Shown: in pieces, positions 21,764 through 30,906 of the stretch
Layout of the letters: each line of letters starts with the position of its first letter
Position numbering within the stretch: the first letter of the stretch is position 1
Assembly (NCBI GenBank): GCA_963755915.1
Contig: CAVWLP010000002.1
Location: 64,001-128,000, forward strand
Direction of reading: 5' to 3'
Origin: an uncultured Phycisphaerales bacterium
GTDB lineage: Bacteria > Planctomycetota > Phycisphaerae > Tepidisphaerales > Tepidisphaeraceae
DNA length: 64,000 nucleotides
The notes under the pieces: model-generated
Database searches by the model: none
What the model saw: only the letters and a program-made list of their open reading frames with translations
Told to the model about the DNA's origin: nothing
Translations under genes and position numbers: made by a program

Positions 21764-23562
21764 GGGGTGGACTCCCTTCGGCTCTGCTCAGGGCAGGCCT
21801 GTAAAGGTTGTGCGGCAGGCAAAGCCTCCGCTTGGGTGATTGCGTCGCGTACGAACTGTCCGTAATCGGCCAGTCCGCGGATGATTGGATGTTCCTGAAC
21901 AAACTCGAAGTGTTGTTGAACCGGCGCGCCGTTTTGGTGTTCGATGAGCTGCCGCAGGGAGCGCAGGTGATACGCGCCATGCCCCAGAGCAATCTCGCAG
22001 GCTCGTTCCACGGCCGGTCGCGGCTGCTGATTGGCCAGCGACAGCAGCCCCATCAACACGCGCACGCCTTCGATGCCGCGATGCTGAAGCATTGACTGCG
22101 CCCACTGCGTGGCGTGCGGCCCGATGCATTCGATCCGCTGGAGAAGCCAGGTCGTTCCACGCTCGATGCCGCTGATCTTCTCCGGCAGGATATGGGCGTC
22201 TTGCGTCGAGAACCTGCCCGGCGGACGCTGCGCGTGCAGAGCGATCGCACGCATCTTCTGATCGAACAGCCGGACCGTGCGCCCGTCCCACCGCGCCCAG
22301 ACCCGCTGGCCCAAAAACTCCGGCGGGACCGAATAGTACGCCCCCTTGATCTCCACGTGCCCGTCGCGGTGAACACTGCGCAACGCCTCGGTGAAAAGAT
22401 CGAATCGCACCGGCGGCAGAGCCAACAGTGCCGGCTTCTCTACCTGCTCGAAGACTTCCTTCACCTGCCGCCGCGTCGTGCCGTGGATGCGCGTGTCGGC
22501 CACGCTCTTCTCCCACGTCAGCAGATGCGCGTTCTGATCCGAGAGCGAGGCGAATTGCCGGCCTTTGAGAGCATTGCTCTTCACATAGCCGATGCCCCGC
22601 TCGATCTTCCCCTTGTGCCGCGGCGTGTACGGCTTGGTGGGCAGAATGGCGATTCCATAATGTTCGGCGAACGACCGGACCTTGGGACACAACTCCGCCT
22701 CGAACCAGTCCGCCCGCGTCACCGCCGCGCGAAGATTGTCGATCACCAGCGCTGACGGCATCCCGCCGAAGTGCGTAAAGGCATTTTCCAGACAACGCAG
22801 AAAATCATCGGTCGTCTGCCGCTCCACCGCCTCGGCGTACCCCTTGCGGCTGTGGCTCAGCACAATGCGGAAGACCCAGGTTGCTTTGCGTTTGCCGTCA
22901 GGACCGACCAGGGCGCACCCCGGCCGAAGTCCACCTGCGCCTCGGCTCCCGGCTCGCATTCCATCCGGCGAAAGGGCGCCGGCGCGGCAGCCGAGAGCTT
23001 CTTGATGAACCGGCGCACGCTGTAATAGCTGCCGGCATAGCCGTGATCGCTGGAGATGTCTTGATAAATCCGCTGGGCCGTCAGCCCGGCTTCCAACTTC
23101 TGAACAATGACCTCACGCCAGGGCGATGCCGTACTGACCGACCCGATGGGCGCGCCGGATAACCCGGTGGGCGCGCTCTCCGAGCCGCCTGCGGCGAGCA
23201 CCGTCGAGCCGCCTGCGGCGAGCACCGTCGAGCCGCCTGCGGCGAGCACCGTCGAGCCGCCTGCGGCGAGCACCGTCGAGCCGCCTGCGGCGAGCACCGT
23301 CGAGCCGCCTGCGGCGAGCACCGTCGAGCCGCCTGCGGCGAGCACCGTCGAGCCGCCTGCGGCGAGCACCGTCGAGCCGAGGGGCGCGCTGGCCGGTTTT
23401 GAATCCGATCCGGGCGCCGCAGGATCGCCGCCCGACAACCGGATGTGGCGTCCAACGGTCTCCCGGTGAACGCCGAGTTGGCGGGCGATGTTCCGATTGG
23501 ACCAGCCGCTGCGCAAGTGCCAAAATTGCTTGTACTTCCGCCATCTTGAGTTGATTGGCCAT
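21760..23562 (-). CDS. istA: IS21 transposase (frameshifts near 23510 and 22920)
   Basis: HTH SNRNIARQLGVHRETV, EPGAEAQVDFG, IDNL, KGKIER, RIHGTT, YSVP. Confidence 0.9.
21774..21798. repeat. Short palindromic repeat at the istA 3' end
   Basis: CCCTTCGGCTCTGCTCAGGGCAGGC, inverted relative to 21014-21038. Confidence 0.65.
23181..23379. repeat. 24-bp tandem repeat, 8 identical copies plus a partial copy, in frame within istA
   Basis: Unit CGAGCCGCCTGCGGCGAGCACCGT; encodes (GSTVLAAG)8 on the minus strand. Confidence 0.95.
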
Positions 23563-23851
23563 CCCACCATTGGCTTGCGGCAACCGCCGAAAGCCAAGGT
23601 CGATAACCCAATCTCCTGTGCCTCAAAATGGCCGGTTTTGGCGCGCCCTCAATTGGCCGGTTTTGCGCGCCCCATGACACCAGAGAGAACGCCGTGCCGG
23701 TCAGCGGTTAATTGCTCCGCCATAATTGCAGCATAAAGGGCCGACAGCGATGCCCTGGCGCGGCAGATGACACGAAATAAATGATGCTGTAGGATGACCA
23801 AAGTCTCGGAGGGTTTAGTTCTCTTCTTTTCGCTTTTACAGCGGTGAACGC

Positions 23852-24574
23852 ATGCAGAGGAGTTACGTTGTTTATGAAGCGCCTCCTGTGGGAGAAGATG
23901 TGGATTGGAGTCAGGCGAACGTTCTCCAAGTCGACCAATTTCATTCAAGCAGTGGTTTGCACCGGCCGCGCACATACGTTCGCTTGCTGCATGACCTCCG
24001 ATCGTTCCTCTTGCGGTTTGACGTTGAAAATGATTATGCGGTCTCGCGGGCCACGAAATACCAGGACAATGTAAGTCGGGACAGTTGTGTCGAATTTTTC
24101 GTGCAGCCGCCGTCCGGCAGCGCATATTTCAATCTCGAATTGAACTGCGGCGGAACGATCTTGCTTTATTATATTGAAGATCCATCACCTAGGGAGACCG
24201 GCTTCGCCAAGTATACGCCGCTGCCGCAGGACGAGGCATCGTTGGTGAGCATCGTCCACTCAATGCCTTCGGTGGTCTGGCCAGAGCGAGCAGAGCCGAC
24301 GTCATGGTGGATGACCTGCCGCATTCCGTTTGAGTTATTCGAAGCGTACGTCGGCCCAATCAAAATCAAACGAGGCGATCGTTGGCGGGCCAACTTTTTC
24401 AAATGCGCCAGCGAAAGCCGTCACCCGCACTGGGCGAGCTGGAATGCGATTGGCGATGTGCTCAATTTTCACCAGCCGCAGTGTTTCGGCGACCTTATCT
24501 TCGATCAGCCCCTGAGGTCAATCCAAAGTGCGCGGATGGACGCACTCAATATAATGTCGCGCCCGTCATCCTGA
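23852..24574 (+). CDS. Carbohydrate-binding family 9-like (DOMON-like) protein
   Basis: DSCVEFF, YFNLELNCGG, WRANFFKC, FHQPQCFG. Confidence 0.8.
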   Translation: MQRSYVVYEAPPVGEDVDWSQANVLQVDQFHSSSGLHRPRTYVRLLHDLRSFLLRFDVENDYAVSRATKYQDNVSRDSCVEFFVQPPSGSAYFNLELNCGGTILLYYIEDPSPRETGFAKYTPLPQDEASLVSIVHSMPSVVWPERAEPTSWWMTCRIPFELFEAYVGPIKIKRGDRWRANFFKCASESRHPHWASWNAIGDVLNFHQPQCFGDLIFDQPLRSIQSARMDALNIMSRPSS

Positions 24575-24617
24575 CTGCGTCGTAAATCGGGTCACGCGAA
24601 GGATTCGTATTTGATCG

Positions 24618-25810
24618 TCATTTCCCGGAAGAGGGTACGGACGATCCTGCTTCTTGCACAATCGACCAGTAAATGCACGCTTGGATCACGCCGCTGGCGG
24701 GAAGGATTGGAATTTCATAGCCAGGGACGTTCACGCATCCATCGGGCATCGGCCAGTGGGGGTCGATATAGAGAACGCCCGGTGCGTTATCGTTTTGCCC
24801 ACGGCGAACGCTACAGTAGGCGAGTTGAAATTCACGATGACGTGCGCGATCGATCAATGCCTGAGGTGGTTGCTGGTAGCTTATATGCAAAACAAATGCA
24901 ATGTTGCCGGGCAGCGGCGCGCTGTCCGCCGTCGCCGGGAGGAATGGCGGAGACTCGTGGCCGTCGTTCATGTGCGCGGGCCAGATGTGGCCCATCGCTC
25001 GAAATGCGGAATGGCCGGGTGCGGACTTATAGAGCCATTGGCCGGCTTCCTGGAGTTTAGTTTGCTCGTTTTCCTCAATCTGCTGAAGCATCCCATCCAT
25101 CGAATCGAGGTATTGGTCTCCAAGTGTCCCAGCCGCCACAGGCGCGATCTTCAAATCATCGTGGAAGGTTTTTTTGCCGTATTTCCTGGCCCAGTCGTGT
25201 CCCCCCTCCAAACCGAATGATTCGTAGAATACAGGCATCTTTCCCAGCCGCGTGCAGGCGGCCCCGAACTCGCCAGTCCAAGTCCAGAGGTTTACGAAGT
25301 TCTCCACAACGTCGGTCGAATAGACGTAGCCATTATCATGAAATTCGCAGTTTGGCGATGATGTGATAGTGACATCGGCATTGGTAGCTCGATTGTCGGC
25401 GCAAAAAAGATGACATACGCCCCGTCATGTTTCCAAAGGGCGATGTCGCTGCGATCGCTTTCGGTTGACACGTCGCGCGATCCGACCAGGATTACATCTC
25501 CAGCTACAACATTCCCAACTGGACGCACTGATATAAGCCCACCGGCACGCCCTATTGCTTCGAAAGCAAAGTCGGATTGGGAGCCGGCAACCCAAAGGTG
25601 ACCGCCATTGACGATGCGTCGCGCGGCTTCCTCCGCGGACGACGTAATCTCAGTCATCTGTCCACGGGTATGCCCGAGATCATTTCGAATGTGGCTTATG
25701 TAGGAATTACTGTCTTGTTGGCATCCAAGGGTACCGGCCAGCATTATCAACGCTAACTTGGGAATTATTGAAGTGGCACATGCCCACCAGCTAGCTGGTT
25801 GAATTTTCAT
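24618..25810 (-). CDS. Putative lipoprotein with SIS-like (sugar-phosphate-binding) domains (frameshift near 25320-25370)
   Basis: Lipobox-like TLGC; AARRIVNGGHLWVAG...EAIGRAGGL, MGH and ILPASG resemble SIS-fold segments. Two ORFs overlap at the junction. Confidence 0.5.
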
Positions 25811-26094
25811 TGAGCTCCACCTGCGCCTAATAACACGTTGACAGAACACGAATACTACCAATGTTGGCAATGCAGCGAGCATAAGTGAAATGAAAGATCT
25901 GTTCTGCATGCGGATACGCGTTGTCCACTGATTCCCTCATGCACTCAATTAACCCATACCTGCGGCTCCAATGATCGGCCTCCCTTCTACTGGGGCCTTT
26001 TTCCCGACATCCACTTCGTAATTCACGTCCTTATTTCATCCGTGTCGGAGCAGTAGTCGCTGGGCGTTGCTCTGCGGATTAACCCAAAATCTTG

Positions 26095-26169
26095 TTGACA
26101 ATCCGTTAGCGATGGTATATTATCCGCCCCTGTCTGGAATCGTATCCATAAATCAATAGGATTGTATCC
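26095..26169 (+). promoter_or_regulatory. sigma70 promoter and operator homologous to 6631-6686
   Basis: TTGACA(26095)-17-TATTAT. GGTATATTATCC is shared with 6652-6663. AATAGGATTGTATCC here versus AATAGGATGGTATCC at the GntR promoter. Confidence 0.7.
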
Positions 26170-26504
26170 GTTGATTGATGGTATATTTCGAATGCCATGG
26201 ATCTGGCAAAGATTAGCGAAAAACGAGTTATTATGAATGGACAAGCGGTTGCTAGGCTGACGTAAAGGCAGGTCAAGCAAAAAATAGCAATTTGTCTATT
26301 CCGGCTTGCGTGCAGATATCCGCTAACCATGAATTTTGCACGCTTCGGGTCAGCGACATTTCGGCGCGATAGACAATTTCGGTGACGGGCATGCGGCATA
26401 GAAGAACTTAAACTGAGATGACAGCACTCTTTATGGCAATTTAGCCCTTCGAGTGACAAGTATGGACCTTCTACGCGTTCCACTAAACACAAGGAGCAGA
26501 GAAG

Positions 26505-27356
26505 ATGGGAAAGAAAATTCTGATCGGTAGTCTGATGGCCGCAGTGCCGATGACGGCGATTTCTGCGAAGGCGTCGTTCGTGCAATACTATAATCCAGGC
26601 AGCGCCACGGAGGTTTCGGAGTGGTCGTTTGCCAATGGGGATTACACGTACATCCCCGCCGATACAACTATAGTGAACGACCAGAACGCCGGTGTGACCG
26701 GTAACAACAACACAATCTATGAGTTTCCTGAAGGTTCTACGGCCAATTCTCCCTCGAACGGTTCCTACACTTTCAACGGCACTCAATATTTTTCGGCGTA
26801 TCCGGCCGGCCAGGGCGTCAACAGTTCGTTGGCGAATGCTGTTTTCGGACCTACACAGTCGTTCAGTGTATACATGAATCTTACAATGACTAGCGGAAGC
26901 TCTTTCTACCTGTGGAGCTTTGGCCCCGAAGCGTACTTATATTATACCGGAACGGCTTTCCAATTCTGGGTATACGGGGCGAACGGCAGTGATAACGTAT
27001 GCAACTGCAGTGTCAATGCGGCGTCGTTCGCCAGCGGATATCAAGACCTCCTGCTCACCTACAATGGGACAACGGGAACACCAATGGTCTATCTAGATGG
27101 TGTAAATAAGACCACTACCTCTGCTACGGGCCACGCGGGCGTGAAGTCCGACAGCAATAATATGTACATCGGTGCCCTCCAATCGGGGTCAGCGGCGTAT
27201 TATATGCCCGCCGCCGGCCAGGTGACGCTCACCGACGTTCAACTCTATTCAGGGGTTGTCAGCATAGGTGCCGTTCCCGAACCCGCAACGGGTGGCGTTT
27301 TGGCGATTGGTGGCTTAGCGATGCTCGGCCGCCGTTGGCGTCGAACGCGCGTATGA
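26505..27356 (+). CDS. Short PEP-CTERM protein, LamG head only; paralog of the 7971..9869 N-terminus
   Basis: First ~130 aa nearly identical to the 7971 protein; same AAACACAAGGAGCAGAGAA leader; VPEP-TM-RRWRR tail. Confidence 0.9.
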   Translation: MGKKILIGSLMAAVPMTAISAKASFVQYYNPGSATEVSEWSFANGDYTYIPADTTIVNDQNAGVTGNNNTIYEFPEGSTANSPSNGSYTFNGTQYFSAYPAGQGVNSSLANAVFGPTQSFSVYMNLTMTSGSSFYLWSFGPEAYLYYTGTAFQFWVYGANGSDNVCNCSVNAASFASGYQDLLLTYNGTTGTPMVYLDGVNKTTTSATGHAGVKSDSNNMYIGALQSGSAAYYMPAAGQVTLTDVQLYSGVVSIGAVPEPATGGVLAIGGLAMLGRRWRRTRV

Positions 27357-27414
27357 TCTCATCTGGGATTCTCCGGCGAACCCGCCGGGCTGCGGTCGGG
27401 TTTGACGAACATCG

Positions 27415-27463
27415 GCTACGTCGCCGCGCTGCGCAGCGCCGCCAAGAAGCGCGGCGACGTAGC
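27415..27463. terminator. Perfect 16-bp inverted repeat after the PEP-CTERM gene
   Basis: GCTACGTCGCCGCGCT ...17 nt... AGCGCGGCGACGTAGC. There is no U-tract, so the terminator role is uncertain. Confidence 0.4.
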
Positions 27464-27549
27464 GGTATCTTAGGCTTGGACGTTGATTCAATGCGCATTC
27501 CATTGCGTCACCGCCAACCTTTGTTATCATTTGAAGCGATGTAGTTTTC

Positions 27550-28371
27550 ATGCGTCGCAGCCGTATTCTTCACAAGATCCACGCCAACCAGCCGGCCATC
27601 GCCACCTTGCTTCACCTGACCGACCCTTCTGTTTATGAGTTGGCCAGCCTGATTGGCTTTGATGGCATCTGGATGGACCTTGAACATCACGGTTATTCGG
27701 TCGAGACCGCCGGCAACCTGATGCGCGCGGCGCGTGTTGGCGATACTGACATCGTGGCTCGGCCCGGCAAGTGCGAGTTCATGCGCTTGGGACGCCTGCT
27801 GGAGTTGGGCGCCACCGGCATTATGTATCCGCGCTGCAGCGGCGTGGAGGAAGCGAAAGAAGCCGTGCGCTGGAGCAAATTGCGCCGCTGGGCCAGCGCG
27901 GATTCGACGGTAGTGGGCCGGATACCCCCTATTGCACCCTTCCGATAGATGAATATGTCGCCGAGGCCAATGAGCAGACCTTCCTGCTCGTGCAGCTTGA
28001 AGAGCCGCAAGCGATCGATCAGGCCGAGGCTATCGCGGCCCTGCCAGGCGTCGATCTGGTCATGCTCGGCCCGGCCGATTTCACCGTGTTGACGGGTATT
28101 CCCGGGCAGTTCGATCACCCTTCCGTCACAGCGGCCATTCACAAGGTCGCCGCCGCGGCGCAACACCGGCAAGCATTGGGCCGCCACGTGCGGTTCGATC
28201 GAAGACGCCAAAGAAATGATCCGTCTCGGATGCCGCCTGGTCTTTCACGGAGCTGACATCTTGATGGTCAAGAATGGCCTGGAACTGATTCGCAGCAACG
28301 TCGCTGAACACCTTGGCCTTCAATTGCGCAGCACGGTTGTCGGCGAAGGAAAAAGTTATCTCGAACGATAG
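27550..28371 (+). CDS. HpcH/HpaI aldolase family (two frameshifts)
   Basis: GFDGIWMDLEH, LELGATGIMYP, P.G.RG, VQLE, GVDLVMLGPAD. Confidence 0.85.
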
Positions 28372-28517
28372 AGATGCACAAAAAGTGGTGCCTCGATTTC
28401 AATCCTTATGACTTTTGCTCGGGCGTTTGCTTGTCCGGAATGAGCTTCTGATTCGATTCGTGAATGCCGCAGACATTTTCGATCATGGGCCGCCTCCGAG
28501 GAACAAGTGTTGAATCC

Positions 28518-28601
28518 CGCAAGCAACAGATAGGCGAAAGCTGGTTTCCCGCCCTAAACGACGTGCCTCGGCAGGCGATCAGCATCTCCTGTCGGCAAAT
28601 C
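28518..28601 (+). pseudogene. Remnant of a second nagB-like gene
   Basis: RKQQIGESWFPALNDVPRQAISISCRQI aligns to [28 protein letters not shown] in the 19626..20360 protein. Confidence 0.75.
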
Positions 28602-28624
28602 ACACTATTGCCGACTGATTTTTA

Positions 28625-29458
28625 ATGACTCCCGCATTTCTTAACTTCGTCCTCGGCCAGATGCGCGTGAAGACAAACGTCTGCTCTCGGCAACGAGTGG
28701 AGCGCGGTTTCAGGCTCGAACCTCGCACTGTACCCGATTACAACTTCATCTGGATCGAACGCGGCCGGGCTGTATGGATCATCGAAGAAAAGCCGTACGA
28801 GCTTGTTCCCGGTGATCTAGTCATTGTCCCGCCCGGCGTGCCGCACCGCGCCCACAGCACAACGCGGCGCATGACACTTGGATCGATCCACGTTCAGTTG
28901 ACGCTCCCGGGTGGCCAGGATGTATTTGAAGTCCTCGTTCCCGCTCGGGTGCGTCACGTAACGCGCGACTCGAAACTCACCGGCTATCTCCGCGCCAGCC
29001 TGGCCGAATGGGATCGTGAGGACCATGCTCAGACAATGCTTATGCTCAAGAATTGGGCCCCGCTCGTAACGCTCGAACTGCTTCGCTACGATGCGGCCCA
29101 GGGCACATTAAAACAGCGCGACGTCGATCCGCTGGTGGCCGAGTTGCTCGACGAACTGAACCACCGAATCAATCATCAGACGACACTTGACGATCTGGCA
29201 GACTGGTCCGGATTTTCGCCGCAGCATCTCAATCGGCTGTTTCGGCGCGTCCTGGGTGTTACACCGCTGCAATATCTCGCAAGAATGAAAATGGAAGAGG
29301 CGGCATCTCTGCTGGCTGACGACCGCTGGACGGTCGCGGCGATCGCTCGCAAGCTTGGGATGGACGATCCCTACTACTTCAGCCGGCTGTTCAAACAGCA
29401 TTTTGGCCGCAGCCCTTCGCAGTATCGTGATACGGCCGGTTCAAAAAATCCATCCTGA
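28625..29458 (+). CDS. AraC-family transcriptional regulator
   Basis: Cupin N-domain and double HTH (SPQHLNRLF...PYYFSRLFKQHFGRSPSQYR). Confidence 0.92.
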   Translation: MTPAFLNFVLGQMRVKTNVCSRQRVERGFRLEPRTVPDYNFIWIERGRAVWIIEEKPYELVPGDLVIVPPGVPHRAHSTTRRMTLGSIHVQLTLPGGQDVFEVLVPARVRHVTRDSKLTGYLRASLAEWDREDHAQTMLMLKNWAPLVTLELLRYDAAQGTLKQRDVDPLVAELLDELNHRINHQTTLDDLADWSGFSPQHLNRLFRRVLGVTPLQYLARMKMEEAASLLADDRWTVAAIARKLGMDDPYYFSRLFKQHFGRSPSQYRDTAGSKNPS

Positions 29459-29503
29459 TGTTCAATTAATCCATAGCTTGTCTCCGCGGCGACGACCTAT
29501 AGT
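29439..29503 (+). promoter_or_regulatory. Candidate AraC-type direct-repeat binding site and -10 box for the PhyH gene
   Basis: GTTCAAAAAATCCAT (29439) and GTTCAATTAATCCAT (29460), 21 bp apart; TATAGT at 29498. Confidence 0.65.
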
Positions 29504-29538
29504 TCCGGCATCGAATTCACCCAAAAGGAGAACGCGTC

Positions 29539-30339
29539 ATGGGCTATCACATTAGCGGGCAGCAATGGGAATCGTACGACCAACTGGGCTATCTCAAGCT
29601 GGGGAAGTCGCTCAACCCAGCCGAACTTGCCGCACTGTGCCAGCGCATCGACGACATCATGCTGGGAAAAGCCAGCCTGGATTACAACCGCATCCTCATG
29701 CAGCTCGACAGCGAGACCGGTAAATACGAAGACGCCGGCCAGCAAACTCGCGGCCATAAAGGAGCCACGCTTGGCTACCGTAAGATCCAAGATCTAGAGC
29801 TCGATCCACTTTTCCTCGAATATTTGAAGCGCCCGATCTTCAAAGAGATCTGCGATCACGTCTATGGCCCCACGACACCGGTGGCCGCCTTCCGCGCGAT
29901 GTTCATGAACAAGCCCGCCAGAAAAGGGACGTTTCTTCCCTGGCACCAGGATCGCTGGACGTTTCTCGAACGCGACCCTCTCATCACGCTCTGGACCGCC
30001 CTCGACCCCGCGACAGTCGCCAACGGCTGCGTGCAGGTCATTCCCGCCAGCCACCGGCTGGGATTGATCAATCCCTCGCATTCCGCCGGCTTCCTTACGC
30101 CCGAACAGGCGAAGCAAATCTGCACGCCCGATAAAGTGGTCTATCTCGAGTTGGAGCCGGGCGAGTCGGTGCTGCTGCACAATTATCTCCTCCACGCATC
30201 GGACGTGAATAAGACAGACATCGCCCGACGTGCTTTCAGTGTCTGCTATATGGATGCGAGAACCATCACCCAAAGCGGCGATAAATTCTCGGTTATCTTC
30301 GAAAACGGCGCACCTGAGTTGCAAGGATCGGCCAGATAA
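29539..30339 (+). CDS. Phytanoyl-CoA dioxygenase (PhyH) family Fe(II)/2OG oxygenase
   Basis: PWHQD, WTALD.AT..NGC..VIP.SH, LLHAS..N....RR; RBS AAGGAG. Confidence 0.9.
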   Translation: MGYHISGQQWESYDQLGYLKLGKSLNPAELAALCQRIDDIMLGKASLDYNRILMQLDSETGKYEDAGQQTRGHKGATLGYRKIQDLELDPLFLEYLKRPIFKEICDHVYGPTTPVAAFRAMFMNKPARKGTFLPWHQDRWTFLERDPLITLWTALDPATVANGCVQVIPASHRLGLINPSHSAGFLTPEQAKQICTPDKVVYLELEPGESVLLHNYLLHASDVNKTDIARRAFSVCYMDARTITQSGDKFSVIFENGAPELQGSAR

Positions 30340-30516
30340 TTCGTGTGGCCAAACGAGCCATTTGGGCAAGGGGAAATCGGGATTTGGAGCTTCCTTCATG
30401 TTCCTGACCGTCGGAAGTCTCTTTTCCCTTTTAACGGATGAACAACATGGGAATCTGTCGATCAATAGGCTCTTCATTTAATATGCTGCGAATCACCGTC
30501 CGCAGTTTCGTTATGA

Positions 30517-30650
30517 CGTGACGGTGATGTTTATGCGATCCACGGCATCTGCACTCACGGTAATACCCACCTGGCCGACGAAGTTGTCAAGGGCACTCAG
30601 ATCGAATGCCCGAAGCACAATGGTCGGTTCAACATGATCGACGGTTCGCG
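30517..30650 (+). pseudogene. Rieske [2Fe-2S] ferredoxin remnant (MocE-like)
   Basis: Manual translation RDGDVYAIHGICTHGNTHLADEVVKGTQIECPKHNGRFNMIDGS has CxH and CxxH ligands. An in-frame TGA at 30514 precedes it. Confidence 0.75.
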
Positions 30651-30906
30651 GAAGCCTCAAATTCTCCATCCCGCCTATGGCAACCGGCCTGCCGAATGTA
30701 GGCCAGCGGGACCGGGTCGTTTGGACCGAACCAGCGCAGACATTCTTCGAGTAAGTCACAATGTACGTTCACGAAATGAACCCGCACGGAAATTGCAAAC
30801 GAAGTCGCCAGCAGGCACCGGGCTTGCCGAGATCTACGTCGCATTTGACAACAGAAGGGCTCACATTCCAACTGCCAGGCACCGACCGTCGTGGGCGCGT
30901 GCTCGA

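Larger units (their letters stand above)
20751..23679 (-). mobile_element. Complete IS21-family insertion sequence (2929 bp) with 6-bp target duplication CCAGAG
   Basis: Ends are TGTCACGGGGCGCGCCAAAACCAGCCA (20751) and the reverse complement TGTCATGGGGCGCGCAAAACCGGCCA (23679), with internal repeated GCGC..AAAACCGGCCA boxes. CCAGAG occurs at 20745-20750 and 23680-23685. istA and istB lie inside. Confidence 0.95.

Noticed and set aside
23181-23379. 24-bp repeat as a CRISPR array
   Set aside because: The units are contiguous with no spacers, lie in frame within istA, and no cas genes are present.
26204-26218. sigma54 promoter upstream of the 26505 PEP-CTERM gene (TGGCAAAGATTAGC)
   Set aside because: GG-to-GC spacing is 9 rather than the required 10 bp.
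7971-27356. Near-identical PEP-CTERM heads as a diversity-generating retroelement TR/VR pair
   Set aside because: The differences are not adenine-specific, both copies are coding N-termini, and there is no reverse transcriptase in the window.
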